Source: Eledone cirrhosa (Eukaryota). From it: a stretch of 64,000 nucleotides of DNA. Below are positions 35,431 through 48,519 of this stretch, in pieces (the stretch's first letter is position 1; each line of letters begins with the position of its first letter). The notes under the pieces are model-generated. The model saw only the letters and a list, made by a program, of their open reading frames with translations, was not told where the DNA came from and made no database searches. Where the stretch lies: positions 317,068,001 to 317,132,000 of the forward strand of contig OZ024740.1 of assembly GCA_964016885.1 (NCBI GenBank). The letters are read 5' to 3'. The position numbers and the translations under genes were made by a program.

Positions 35431-36906
35431 ACAAATAAACAAAACAAAGTAATGTTTTACCCAGTGTATTTCAACATATTTCAGGGCTATTACCCCTTTT
35501 CAAATATGAAATGAAAACAGTTCAAAACAAAAATGAATGATCGATGTGATCTTCCCTAATTAGTCCATATGTCTTGTTATTTCAGTTTAAAAATTACACT
35601 AAAAGTACACATATCTGTGGAATACTCAGCCACTTACATGTTAATTCAATGAGTAGGTAGTTCAGACAATTGAATAACTGAATGCTCATTGACAAATTTG
35701 ACTGAGGGCCTTTTATCATTACATAATTGTTTTCACTCCTGGGTCAGTATACCCACATTACGTTATTAATAGATGCATATTTTCCTATCAATACATTATA
35801 TTTGTATCAATACATTATATTCTATCAATAGATTCATTTCTATCAATAGATTAATTTATATCAGTATAAATTCTATCAATAGATTATATTCTGTCAATAA
35901 ATTGAATTAATATAGATTAATTGTTATATGCTTGTCACTTTCCGTATTACACAGTTTCAGAAAAATTCTTGCTACTTAAAGAATAATTTCAAAACCTTTA
36001 GAGGTAAATATAATAGTACAACTTGCTTCATGGTTGAGTGGTTGGCGACTAAAACTGCTCCCCACTAGACTCTGGTCTGGTGAGGAGGGTAAGTGGAATC
36101 CCAGCAGCACAAATAAACGAGCTGTTAAAAGGGCAGATGAACTCCTCAGAGTCAACAGCCATCCACCCCAACTATGGGTTAAATAGCCTCACCAACTCGC
36201 AATTGGCCAAGCATGGTGAGTACGGCTACACCCCTGACATGACCAAAACCAAACAGAAAGTTGTGGAGGTTAAATTATAAGGGGTTTCTCCAACAGGAGT
36301 GAGAAGGCCCTAGATTAGATTGGATTGGATAATAGTAAGATAGAGATATTTCATCAATTTAAAAATTAGACTACTTTAATCCTTTCAATACCAACCTACC
36401 TGAAACCACCTTGTTTTTATGATCATTTTGAGTTGTTCATACTTATATTAAAATCTTCCATCATAATTCTATGTAAAAAAAAATATTAATGTTTCAAACA
36501 TCAGCTCTACTAAATGAAAAGGTTAATTATTTCATTAAATTCTTCAAATTTTCAAAATTAAATGCCACACAGAGTATTTCATGAGAAATAAGGTGACAAA
36601 AAAGTTAACCCTTTGTTTTTTATATTTCTAATGCCTATAACTTTGAATATAATAACAAAAAATTAGATGGATTTAGTAATTATAACTTTCTTTATTATTA
36701 AGATTTTTTACATAAAATTATGATGGAAGTTTTTTTAGATAAATATAATCAATTTAAAATAAACAGTTGTAAAACATGGAGCAGTTTCAAGCAGGTTTGA
36801 TACCAAAAGGATTATACAATCATCTTAGTTAAGAGAAACTGGATAGTTGTACTGAAATGATCTTATAATAATGACATTATGGTTTAGGTTAGTCATATGA
36901 GATGTA

Positions 36907-37830
36907 TTAAATCAGCACTTTGGAGAACACAAAGCTTTCTATTTTTATATGATTGACAACTACTTCCTCAGTAAATATCTCAAGATATTTGTAAATAATC
37001 AAACTGTGTCTTTGTTGAGTTTCTCCTACTATTAATACAACATACTTTGTCTCTAATCTTACTGTAAACCCATCTCTTTCTTTATATGAAATTATATATA
37101 ACAGTTTAGATTTAAGTTGAACTTTGCAGTTGCTGTTATTTAGCCCGAGGCCAACCCCATCAATAAGGACACTCAAGCTGTGTTCATCCCATGTTTTATA
37201 AACAATTAATGCCTTGAACCACATGAAACTGTGTAAGGAAAACATTTTGTTAAGTACAAACCATGAGTGAGACTGCAAGTTCTAAAGAGGAGAGCCAACC
37301 TGTAGTAGCTGTATGTGGGATTAGTACTTCATTTTGGATTTCACTTGAGCTTTGTAGAAAGTTAATAGAGGTTGAGACTGAAAAGGAAGACCATCTTTGT
37401 GATGCAGATTTAGCTATATTGAAGTTGTGAGTTCCCTTGGAGAGATCTTCTCTGATGGTAAGTCTGAGCATATGTTATGAACCTAAGGGTTTTAGTTGTA
37501 TGTTGGTCCTAATTTTGTTGATAGTTAGCCACACAATAATATTTTCTTTATATATAGTCTTTCTACTAACTACACAGGTGACCAGATTGGAACAGTGATA
37601 TTGGAGGTTGTTATTTATTTCATAGAAATAAATTTCTTTTATGAAAAAATCTCTAAACAGAACATTTTCTTGGCAATTGGTCAAATAGAAACTGCTTTTA
37701 CTTCTAGATTTTGGCACATGTCTTGATGAGTTTCAATTTCCAATTCTCTGGGACAAGTAGGTTAATTCAACATGACTGGCATCTACAACATTAATACAAT
37801 ATTAGGGAATATGTCAGACTTTGATTTTAA
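36907..37830 (-). pseudogene. Decayed intronless coding-like sequence of unknown origin
   Basis: ORFs 37475-37717 and 37250-37471 are in the same frame separated by one TAA, then continue after a frameshift into 36907-37278. Non-repetitive composition. Confidence 0.35.
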
Positions 37831-38629
37831 GTCAAATGATGCAGGTAGGAAAAAGAAAATGGCTTGAATATTTCTCAGAGCTATCCTTCAATGGGTGATT
37901 GGTAATAGTTATTGAAACAGTCACTCCTTTCTCAAACTACAATGAGAATCAACATTAGATTGTAGCTCTAAATGAGCAGAATAACCGTAATAAATTTAGA
38001 TAATTGTTAATATAACCACATGGAGTAGAATCAACTAGCTTTTACGTGATGAATCTCCTGAGATTTTTTTTTTTTTTATATTTAGTAGAACTCTAATTTT
38101 ACAAAATATATCTGATTTGTATAATAAAATATACATAAATAACATTACAAATTGCTCACAAGGACATTACAAATATAATGTCGTTGCTAAACACATATAA
38201 ATACATATAACAAATACAATTAACTATTGCTAGGAACCTCACAAATACAACACACCAATATATATGAGCAGAGCGAGAGAAAGAAAAAAAACAGAAAAAA
38301 AAAGGGAAAACAAAAACGAAAATGACCATCAATTCACCACCAAGTGCAATAATGTATTGGCAGCACATCACAAGGGTCAACGGTGGCCTTATGAACTGTT
38401 GACAGTATTCTAAGTGTTGACTGGTGTGGCAGCAGGTAACAAAGAATCAGGTTTTGAAGAGTGAGAGCTTATAAAATAGCTACCATATCCAAGGAAGGCA
38501 GCAAGTGTATAAATTACCCAAGTTGTGACAAAAGAGTTTATGGAAATCTGTTGAGGTATCACAATCAGAATGAATACATTCCAAATATGTTAATAGTCCT
38601 AACAGCTGCTATAATTTCATCTCCTGTAG

Positions 38630-39005
38630 TCATCATCATCATCATCACTGTTTAACGTCCATTTTCCACGCTAGCATGGGTTAGACGAGTCATCCTGTTG
38701 TGAGAGTCAGGTGACCATGTCTTGGTCATTCAGAACTGATTTGGGCTTTGTTTCTACAACTGGATGCCCTGCCTAGTGCCAACCTCATTTACAGTGAGTG
38801 CTGGGTGTTTTTTGTCTTGACACCTACCTACATAATCACTTTACAGTGTGGGCTGGGTGCTTTTTGTCTTGACACCTACCTACATAATCACTTTACAGTG
38901 TGGGCTGGGTGCTTTTTGCCGTATTACTATCACAACCACTTTAAAGTGTGTACTGGGTGCTTTTTGTCGTGTTGCCATCATGACCACTTTACTGTGTGGA
39001 CTGGA
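38630..39005 (-). mobile_element. RTE-tail element with 48-bp units
   Basis: Reverse-complement tail CATCATC...GTTTAACGTCC...GCTAGCATGGG plus about 4 units. Confidence 0.8.
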
Positions 39006-39315
39006 GGCTTCACTTGACATATACTTCAGTATATTAAAACTGTTGGGGTTTTTTTAATTTGAATTATTTTATTTCAAAATACTCAAATATATTTCTAGGA
39101 TAAAATTACATAAAAATAATAAAGAATTTAATATTTAGTCAAACTTTATAGAAAAAGAGAGTAGCATTGGAAAAGACTATAAATGCCATAAATGAGAGGA
39201 GAAAGAGGGAAAGAGCAAGGATTATTAGGCATAAAAAAAAAGTTGGAGGGAGGGAGGGTGACAGTCTACACTTAAGTAAAAGTGGTGTTTCGGCTGCGTC
39301 CCACATACACTTATG

Positions 39316-39362
<47 letters not shown>

Positions 39363-39654
39363 AGCGTATGTGTGCTACCCATGCTAGCATGGAAGATGGA
39401 CATTAAACGATGATATATATAACATACACATCACACACACATATATACATATATGGCTGTCTAAACACACGTGCTTTCCTCCTGTGAAAAAGAAATATTC
39501 TGTTTCTTCTTTTTTCATCCATCCTATTTCTTCTTCTATCTCTCACTCTATCTATGTCGAGACTCTTTTCCTACTATATCAAGCATTAAACTAATATATA
39601 TCATTATTGTACTGTATTGTTTCCCCGTGTAGTTTTTCCTTGTTGTTTTAGTAC

Positions 39655-39975
39655 CAGCCATGACAAAAAGCACTCAGTCCACACTGTAAAGGGGTCATTT
39701 TAGTGCCGTGGCAAAAAAGCACTCAGTCCACACTGTAAGGTGGTCGTGTTGGTGACATGACATAAAACACCCAGTCCACACTGCAAGGTGGTCGTGTTGG
39801 TGACATGACATAAAACACCCAGTCCACACTGTAAAAGGGGCGATTTGGTGCTATGACAAAAAGAGCCCAGTTCAGACTGTAAAGTGGTTGAGTTGTTGAC
39901 ATGATAAAAAAACGGCCAGTCCACACTATAGAGTGGTCGTGTTGGTGCCACGACAAAAAGTGCCCAGTTCACACC
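39655..39975 (+). repeat. Array of the 48-bp RTE 3'UTR unit without tail
   Basis: About 7 units of AAAAAGCACYCAGTCCACACTGTAAGGTGGTCGTGTTGGTGACATGAC. Confidence 0.75.
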
Positions 39976-42080
39976 ATATATATCTTGTGGTAATGTTTCA
40001 AAAGTACCCCCCCCCCCCATTAATTTGAATTTATATTTTTACTGTAATACAGCAACTGACAAAGGGGGAGGTTTATAATACAGTTGATTTTGTTTGACTA
40101 TTTATTTAAGGAGGGAAGAGTGGTGCCCATGACCCATTTCAGGACCTCTGAGACTGGTGGGAAGGAGGGAGAAAGGTATATTCAAGTTGGAGACCTGATC
40201 AAAATGCTTGCTATAAAGTAGACTCTGCTAATGGCACCCAAGGGCCAGACAGTGGTGGTAAACTGGGCAACATATTAAGTCTATCACCCAAGAAGGCCAC
40301 TGGGGGATTTCAATTTGGAATAACAAAGAACCAGAACAAAGGATGAAAATGTCATTGGCGCTGCTCCTCTCTTCCTGTCTAACATATCTCTATTACTCTA
40401 TGACATGTTCTAGCCATGAGGCTGAGGCCATGCTGGAACACCACCATTTAAAATAATTTTATTTAAAAAAAAAAGGAACAATCATTTAGTCTCCTTCTTC
40501 ATTGCATCTGTATAAATATCCCCTCCCCTAGGCTCTTGTCTCTCTTCCCCTGTGACATAGATAATTTGCCATAATAGAGAAGCTTAACCATATATTCATT
40601 CTATTGATAATGGTAAGAAATGTTCCTTAATTTCCTAAAATGTTTGTTGATTGTTGTAAATATCTCTCTCTAATTTTACTCCTCTTAGATATTTCTTTCA
40701 TAGCCTTCCAACAAACTTATTTTGATCCTTTCATTACCATATTCCTCATGCAACACAATATTTGGATTAATTAATGAAGAAATAGGAGAGATTTACTAAA
40801 ATTATTAATATTATTATTAAGGTGGTATTTGTAACATAACAAAAGATAAAAATATGTTAAAAGGTTTTAACTTAAAGATGAATTTTTTTTCAAATGGGTA
40901 AACTTCCTTTATAGAACCAAAAGTGGTTTGGGGCAGGAATCGTCTCTTCTCACAACACACGCTTATCTTATTTTACAAATTTTAGGATGTTTCCTTGAAT
41001 TCTTGTTTGTTTTTTGCTTATTAATATAGAAACTTTGATAAATAACTTTATCATGCTCCATTTTTTCCATTAATTTTTACTCATTAATCCCTTAATATTT
41101 TTATATTTAAATTAAAAGTTAATTGGTTAAAAGGGGCTCTGGTATGAAGTATTTGATGTTAGATAAAAAAAAAAAAAATGAAGAGGAAAGTTGATTATAA
41201 AGTTTAACATTTAGTAATAGTTTTTAGTTTTGCTGTTGGTTTGTTGAGCCAAAAAAATTTGTAAAATATATTTTATTTTACTAGTGAAATAAAGTTATCT
41301 GGCCGTATAATTTATTATTTTTTTCCTTATTCGTTCTCATTGCTATGTTGGTAGAGGAAAAAAATAATGTATAATAAAAGCAATTCTGGAATACAGGATG
41401 AGGAAAACAATTGCCAGCTCATGTAAAATATTGATCGGGCTGCAGAGTCCTACATAATGAATGGATACAAACTGTGGAGGAGGAAGAAGAGGAAGAGGAG
41501 GAGGAGGAAGCTGACTATAGGGTTAGTTAGACTGGGTGGGCCAACTCTAGTTCTCAGGTGATTCAAAAGAGAACATTAATTACTATGTTGCAGATGAATT
41601 AATGAATAGAAGAAAAAAAAAAAGACAACAAAAATATTCACTTGAATTATTTTCGTATGAAAATAACATGATTGATTTCTCGTGATGACCTTTAGTCTGG
41701 CTAACTATAAGATTGTGAAAGTATTAGAATAAAGTTAATACTATACTGGCTTCTACCAACCACCTGACAACTACATAACATTGAGCTTTACTCTCTTGAG
41801 GAAGACTCATTCAAAATTTGAAGCTATCACATAGTCTAAGAGAGAGATTGGAGTGACAGCACTTCACTTAGAAGAGGAGTGACTAACTAGCTTTAATTTT
41901 AGATTAACAAGATTGTCGATGATAACTTTTTATCAGTTGACAGTATTGGTTTGTCTTTCAATACTGCTTTTTGGGGGACTTACTTCAAGCAATAGCAACT
42001 AACTATCTATAAATTTGCTCAACACTACTTTGGGTGCTCCGGTACCTTGGTGTTGCAGTAAGTTTCTGTCACCATTAGTT

Positions 42081-42212
42081 ATGGACAAGCAACAAATATT
42101 ATGGCCTCCATCATGGAATAACAACCATCTTATTGATAATGCTTCAAATAACACACGTGTGGATACTCAGGCAGTGGCAGAACATAATTCTGTCGTCGTA
42201 CGCCTTATGAAG
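42081..42212 (+). CDS. Candidate first coding exon A of unidentified gene (MDKQQILWPPSW...VVRLMK)
   Basis: GTTATGG start context, 44 codons and a phase-0 donor AAG|GTAATC. In frame with the 56822 exon. Confidence 0.4.
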
Positions 42213-43149
42213 GTAATCAGTCTTTTTATCTTTACCAAAATATTATATATCCTCATTATTATCATTCTACGACCTTCTATTTTCTTTTTTTAATTTATTG
42301 CCAACAGCAATGAAAAGTTTTCTCTAAAATATTTAAATATTTATGGAATTTGGAAATTTGGAATAATTTTGGTGATAAAAAAAAGAAGAATTAACACAGT
42401 ATTTTTAAATTCTATTGTTTTATTTAATATTTTTTCTAGTTTGCTTCTTATTCAAAGCTTGTCTTTACAACTTCATGGCTATAACTTCAAAGTGTCTCTT
42501 TTATTTGACCAACACAACAAAAATATTTCTTTTTGTATAATAATAATAGTAATAATAGTAATAATAATAATAACAATAATAATAATTGTCATTGTTGTTG
42601 TTATTATTATTATTAATATTATTATTACTACTACTATTACTGTTATTTGTATTGTTATTGTTTCAATTCTCTTCAAGGGCTGTGTGTCCTTGAATTATAT
42701 ATTTAGATTTTTCACTTTGATTTTATTTGATAATATATATATATATAATTCATAATAAATAAATACTTGTTGATATGAATTTATTGGAGAGAGAGAGAAG
42801 AAGAAGAGATAGAGAGAGATAGAAAAAATAGTTAGTCAGAGAGAGAGAGGAGGGAAGGAGAGAGAGAAAGAGAAAGTAAGATTGCTACTATAACAGTCTG
42901 CTACCATGTTCTGATGAGCAGCTAGTTTATCCATGGCATTGAATGAAGTAATGGGATTAAAATATCAATAATTGGCAGCAGTACAATTGTCCCTTCTACT
43001 ATTCAGATTGGATAAAGTCTCGAGTGAGAGAGTCAGATCAGGAACAGCAACTAGTCTGCACATTACGTGTGCACGAGTCAATACTTGATTATTTTTCCAG
43101 TGTAGCGTTTCGTTATATTCTCTTCAGTCGCCACTTCTTGTTCAGCGAT

Positions 43150-43206
43150 ATGGCAACTGTCAGTATGGTTCTAGGTACAGTAGATGTCATGAACAGTGAC
43201 TATAAG
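43150..43206 (+). CDS. Candidate first coding exon B (MATVSMVLGTVDVMNSDYK)
   Basis: GATATGG start context and a strong phase-0 donor AAG|GTAAGA. The frame is open upstream to ~42961, so a longer exon from the acceptor at 43007 is possible. Confidence 0.5.
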
Positions 43207-43904
43207 GTAAGAGAATGAATGATGCTTTTCATAAGTATTTGTAGCCATTTTGTAGCTGAATAATTTTACTTTACTTTTCAAGGCTTCATATGAAATGACA
43301 GACTACCATTTACACAAACAGTGTTGGTTGAAAAAAGGTTAAAATAAAATGGAATAAAATCTATGAAGTAAATAAGAAAATTACAATTAGTATGTTTAAC
43401 ATACTAATAGTATGTTAAATGAATGTTATTTAGAAATTATTTTTAGAATAATTTTATATATTTCAAAGAAATATATTTTATCTGTTTAATTCCTTATTGT
43501 TTCTGTTGCTATTTGCTATTACTCTAAAAAAATTTTCAAAAACAAATTTCTCTCTTTGCTTATATATCATCTAGAAAGTATCTGTCTTCCTCATTATCAT
43601 ATTAGTAGAAATACTGTAGTATTTTTTTTTCTGTTCAAAATATTGATCTTTCCTCTTGCTGTAGCCTTCTATACTTACTTTATTAGATACAGCTTTAACT
43701 ATTGAGTAGGAATAGGAAACATCATGGGATAGTGTCACAACTACGTCACTCTTTAAAGGCATCTATTTTCAATTGTTTAACAATATTAAACACTCTCACA
43801 TAATATTCTTTGTTTTTCTTTTATTATTATTATTATTCCTTACACATTCTCATTTATTTTCAAATAGATATTTTAAAATGTTTCCTACATAATCATTTAT
43901 ATTA

Positions 43905-44052
43905 CACACACACACACACACATCCATATATATATACATATATATATACATACATATATATATATATATACATACATATATACATACATGCATGCATACA
44001 TACATACATACATACATACATACATACATACATACATACATACATACATACA

Positions 44053-44087
<35 letters not shown>

Positions 44088-44090
44088 TTT
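43905..44090. repeat. (CA)/(TA)/(CATA)n microsatellite
   Basis: Visible directly. Confidence 0.95.
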
Positions 44091-44365
44091 TTTTATCAAT
44101 CGATCATCTCTCCAAATCATATTCTTTATTAAAAATTTAAAATTATTTTTGTTACATTAGTTGTTGATGTTTCCCATTAAAATAGATTAAATGTTTTTTG
44201 TTAAAAGAGAGAAAGAGAGTGAGAGTTTCAGCTTCAGATGTGAACAACTTTAAGTAAATGACCTTGAAAATAGAATATGTTCTTCTTTGGTCAAACAATT
44301 TTACCCTAAAGGTTAATCACCAAAAATATATATATATATTTCATTTTGGGGGATTATATTTATCC

Positions 44366-44430
<65 letters not shown>

Positions 44431-44579
44431 ATGTATTTGTATATGTGCATATATGTATATGTGTGTGTATATAAATCAATTGTAAATGATGTCATTTTCT
44501 AAAGTAGACCATATCTTAAATGTTTAGCTATAAATTGCTTGGTTATTTCAACTGTAGAAAGACTACATAATCTCTTTAT

Positions 44580-44875
44580 GTGATGTATGTATGTATGTAT
44601 GTATGTATGTATGTATGTTTGTGTGTATGTTTGTGTGTATGTAGGTATGTTTGTGTGTATATATGTAGGTATGTTTGTGTGTATATATGTAGGTATGTTT
44701 GTGTGTATATATGTAGGTATGTTTGTGTGTATATATGTAGGTATGTTTGTGTGTATATATGTAGGTATGTTTGTATGTATGTATGTAGGTATGTTTGTAT
44801 GTATGTAGGTATGTTTGTGTGTATATATGTAGGTATGTATATATATGTAGGTATGTTTGTATGTATGTAGGTATG
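44580..44875. repeat. (TATG)n-derived 24-bp minisatellite
   Basis: GTAGGTATGTTTGTGTGTATATAT repeated. Confidence 0.9.
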
Positions 44876-45499
44876 AGAAGAGTGTAATATGTATGTGTGT
44901 TCATATAAGAAGAGTGTAGAACATGGTAGACAAACTTTAATTTAATATTATATATATAACTCACTTATTTTCATGTTATTAAGCAATCACCGTAAACTCT
45001 AAATATGTACATTTTTATATTTCTAAAACCATCCAGAATATACTACCGTTATATGACATGTATTAAATGTATGAAATTTGAACCATGGATATTTTACTGT
45101 CAAATTCATTTTGCCCTGTCCAATATATATATATGGTAGTTTAATACAGCACCTCAAGTGTTGTTTTGAAAGTCACTTTTCTAGTTTCTAATTCTTAGTG
45201 GAAACAAATGTTGGTCAGAATAATTCGAGGAAATCTAAAACTCAAGAAAATGTTTGAATATAAATTTGCAAGCAAAGGGAACAGAGAGGAGTTCCAGCTA
45301 AATCTTGTCAACAAAATCTTCATATGGTTTAAATACACAACATGTCTCCAATGTCCAAATGGTTAAAAGTCAGAGTCATGACCTGGATGTGGCTCGTCCC
45401 CCTCTTAGAATGTAAGAAGTTAAGGGCTGAAACAGTTGCTTGAGAGTGGTTTCTTCTCTGAAGACCTACTGCTGTCCAGCTCTCCTGAGAGTTTCTCAC

Positions 45500-45564
<65 letters not shown>

Positions 45565-46655
45565 AATATAATTTCAGCGAGATCGTATTTCGATATAATT
45601 TAAGGACTGAAACATTTGCGTGAGGGGGGGGGGGGTATCTTTTCTGAAGACCTGCTGCTGTCCAGCTCTCCTGAGTTTTTTACCACATGATTCTTTATAA
45701 CATTAGTACAAGGTCAGCAATATAAGGTAAGGGGAAGTCAATTATATTAACCCCAGTACTTAACTGTTACTTTATTTTATTGACTCTTGAATGATGAATG
45801 ATAAAGTTGACCTTGGTGGGATTTGAACTCAGAACTTTGGAAGTTGTAACTAAATACTGCAATGCATTATATGTGATGCCCCAATGACACTGCCAATCCA
45901 CTGCCTTTGTTCCTATAATAATAATGATAATAGTTTCTAATTTAGGAACAAGGCGAGGGGAAAGTCAATTAAGTCGACCCCAGTACATTACTGGTACTTT
46001 AAATAACAATAATTATAATAATCATTTGAAGTACTTATATGATATCATAAATCAAACAAACTGTAAAAAATGTTCTGAGGCACCCTATATATCCTAAAAA
46101 TATCTCAGGCAATTCATTGCTGGTATTTCCTGAAAAAACAAGTCTTTTCAGGAAATACCAGCAATGAATTCAATCTGAAAGTCAACACAAGTTTCTTATC
46201 AAGTCTTCTCTTGATTTTAACTTATCTGACTTAGTAATATTTTTTCTAAGGCAACATAAAAAAATTTATAAATAATTGTTTCTACTTTTGGCACAAGGCC
46301 AGTAATTATCCCAGTGCATTACTGGTACTTTATTAATTTATAAATAATAAAAACACGACAATACTGCAATTTTCATATATTTCAACTGATCATATACTAA
46401 TTCATTATACTTTGATATATATATTTGGAAAAATCGTTCAACAAGTTTTCGGACCTTGTGTATATGTATATGTTTCACGGACACACGCTCATGCATATAA
46501 CCATATATAGCTAGTCACTAATTGACTACTGCAACTATAAAACTACAATATCAGTTTTCATTGTAAAACAAGAATATATTTGTTTACCTTTGGGTAAATG
46601 ACATTTTTTTTTTATGTTTTGATAATACATTGAGCTGTGCATTCCATATCTAGAC

Positions 46656-46735
<80 letters not shown>

Positions 46736-46741
46736 TTTTAC

Positions 46742-46894
46742 TAAGGCTAAATAGTGAGTTTTGTTACTCTAGAGTTTCGCCTGTGTTAAAACAGGCAAAA
46801 CTCCAGAGTAACAAGACTCACTATTTAGCTGTAATAAAATGAATTTTAAAACTCTATCTCGATATTGATTACTCTTTTCTCTCAGCCATCAACC

Positions 46895-46900
<6 letters not shown>
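46742..46900. repeat. Fold-back repeat element between (TA)n runs
   Basis: Near-perfect ~38-bp arms GCTAAATAGTGAGT...GCCTG / CAGGC...ACTCACTATTTAGC. Homologous to 15333-15490. Confidence 0.8.
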
Positions 46901-46945
<45 letters not shown>

Positions 46946-47349
46946 AATACTCTAAAACCTTTCAGCTTGTAGCTTTTGTGGCAAAAACTATTTCTATTTA
47001 GATTTTGCATTAGGAAGGGCATCCAGCCATAGAAAGCCAGCCAGAAACGCTCCTATATGAGCAAGACACGGTCACCTGACCCAACTTGCATCTAAATGGG
47101 ACCCGTCTAACCCATGCTAGCGTGGAAGATAGATGTTAATCGATAATGATGACGATTTTCCAGCTATTCAGTGTGTCTTATTTTGTCGGCATTTTCCCAG
47201 CTTTAAAAATATCTTTTAGTGTTATTTTTAAATTTATTTAAATTGTCTTGATACCCACTTTTCATTTGTATTTAGTTGGTTCTTGATGTTTCATCCTTAT
47301 CATTGTAATTTTACTTCAGATACATTTATATATTTGTGTGTGTGTATGC

Positions 47350-47383
<34 letters not shown>

Positions 47384-47437
47384 TCATCTTCGTTTAACGT
47401 CCATTTTCCACGACACACACACACACATATATATATG

Positions 47438-47481
<44 letters not shown>

Positions 47482-48052
47482 TATATATATATATAATCAT
47501 CATCATATATATATTATATATATGTGTGTGTGTGTGTATGTATGTATGTATACATACACTCTCCCACTCACTCACATATATTTAACACATATCATATGCC
47601 ATCAAAAGTTCATATCAACCTTGCTTATTTGGTATTAAGCCGTATTATAATATTTGTCTGTGTGTGAAATAAGCTGATGAGGCTGGTTGAATTTGAAGGA
47701 CAGACCAAGGTGATCGGCTAGTTCCGGCTTGTGAAAACCACAATTCAATATTTTTGTCCCTGACAAAGTTTCCATGTAGATAGTTTATCTGCAGCTTCCT
47801 ACTCCTCACATGACCTCCATGTCTCCATCACACTTTTAGTTCACTTTTATTTCATTTTATTTTTCTAAATTGTTTTTCCCATTTTGCACATGAACTTAGA
47901 AAAAAAATAAAGTGTTTCTATTTTGTATTTTGTTGTGCATGTTTTTATTTAACTTAGCATGGTGCTTATATATATTTATATACATACACATATAATGTAT
48001 GAGTGTATGTATGTGTATATAAATATATATATATATATATACACACACTCTT

Positions 48053-48083
<31 letters not shown>

Positions 48084-48232
48084 TTTATATATATATATGT
48101 ATGAATGAGTCTGTGTTTGTATATATGTATGAGTGAGTGAGTGTGTGTGTGTGTGTCTGTATAATATGTATGAGTATTTATATACACACCCACTCACACA
48201 TACACACACACACACATATTTATATATATATG

Positions 48233-48268
<36 letters not shown>

Positions 48269-48477
48269 CATTCTTATATACATGCATATATACACTGATA
48301 ATACCATGTAATAATTAAAGAATGAATATTGCTTAAAGTTTCTCATTTTTTTAAATTCTAATATATTTTAGTTATCTCACTAATTTCATTTTGTTTTCAT
48401 CTTTATTTTTGCTTGATATTCAATTTTTTTTTCTCTGTATTAAAATTAGTTTTCAAAGTTTGTATATATGTATATGT

Positions 48478-48519
<42 letters not shown>

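Noticed and set aside
41457-41525. Acidic or basic exon from the GAG/GAA run
   Set aside because: It is a simple purine repeat, and the phase-compatible frame has an upstream stop and no ATG.
42369-42755. Hydrophobic 128-aa membrane protein ORF
   Set aside because: The poly-Ile/Val arises from (AAT)n/(ATT)n microsatellites.
47670-47750. CTGATGA-containing segment as a hammerhead
   Set aside because: I could not form stems I and III around a GAAA. At most it is a badly decayed relic.
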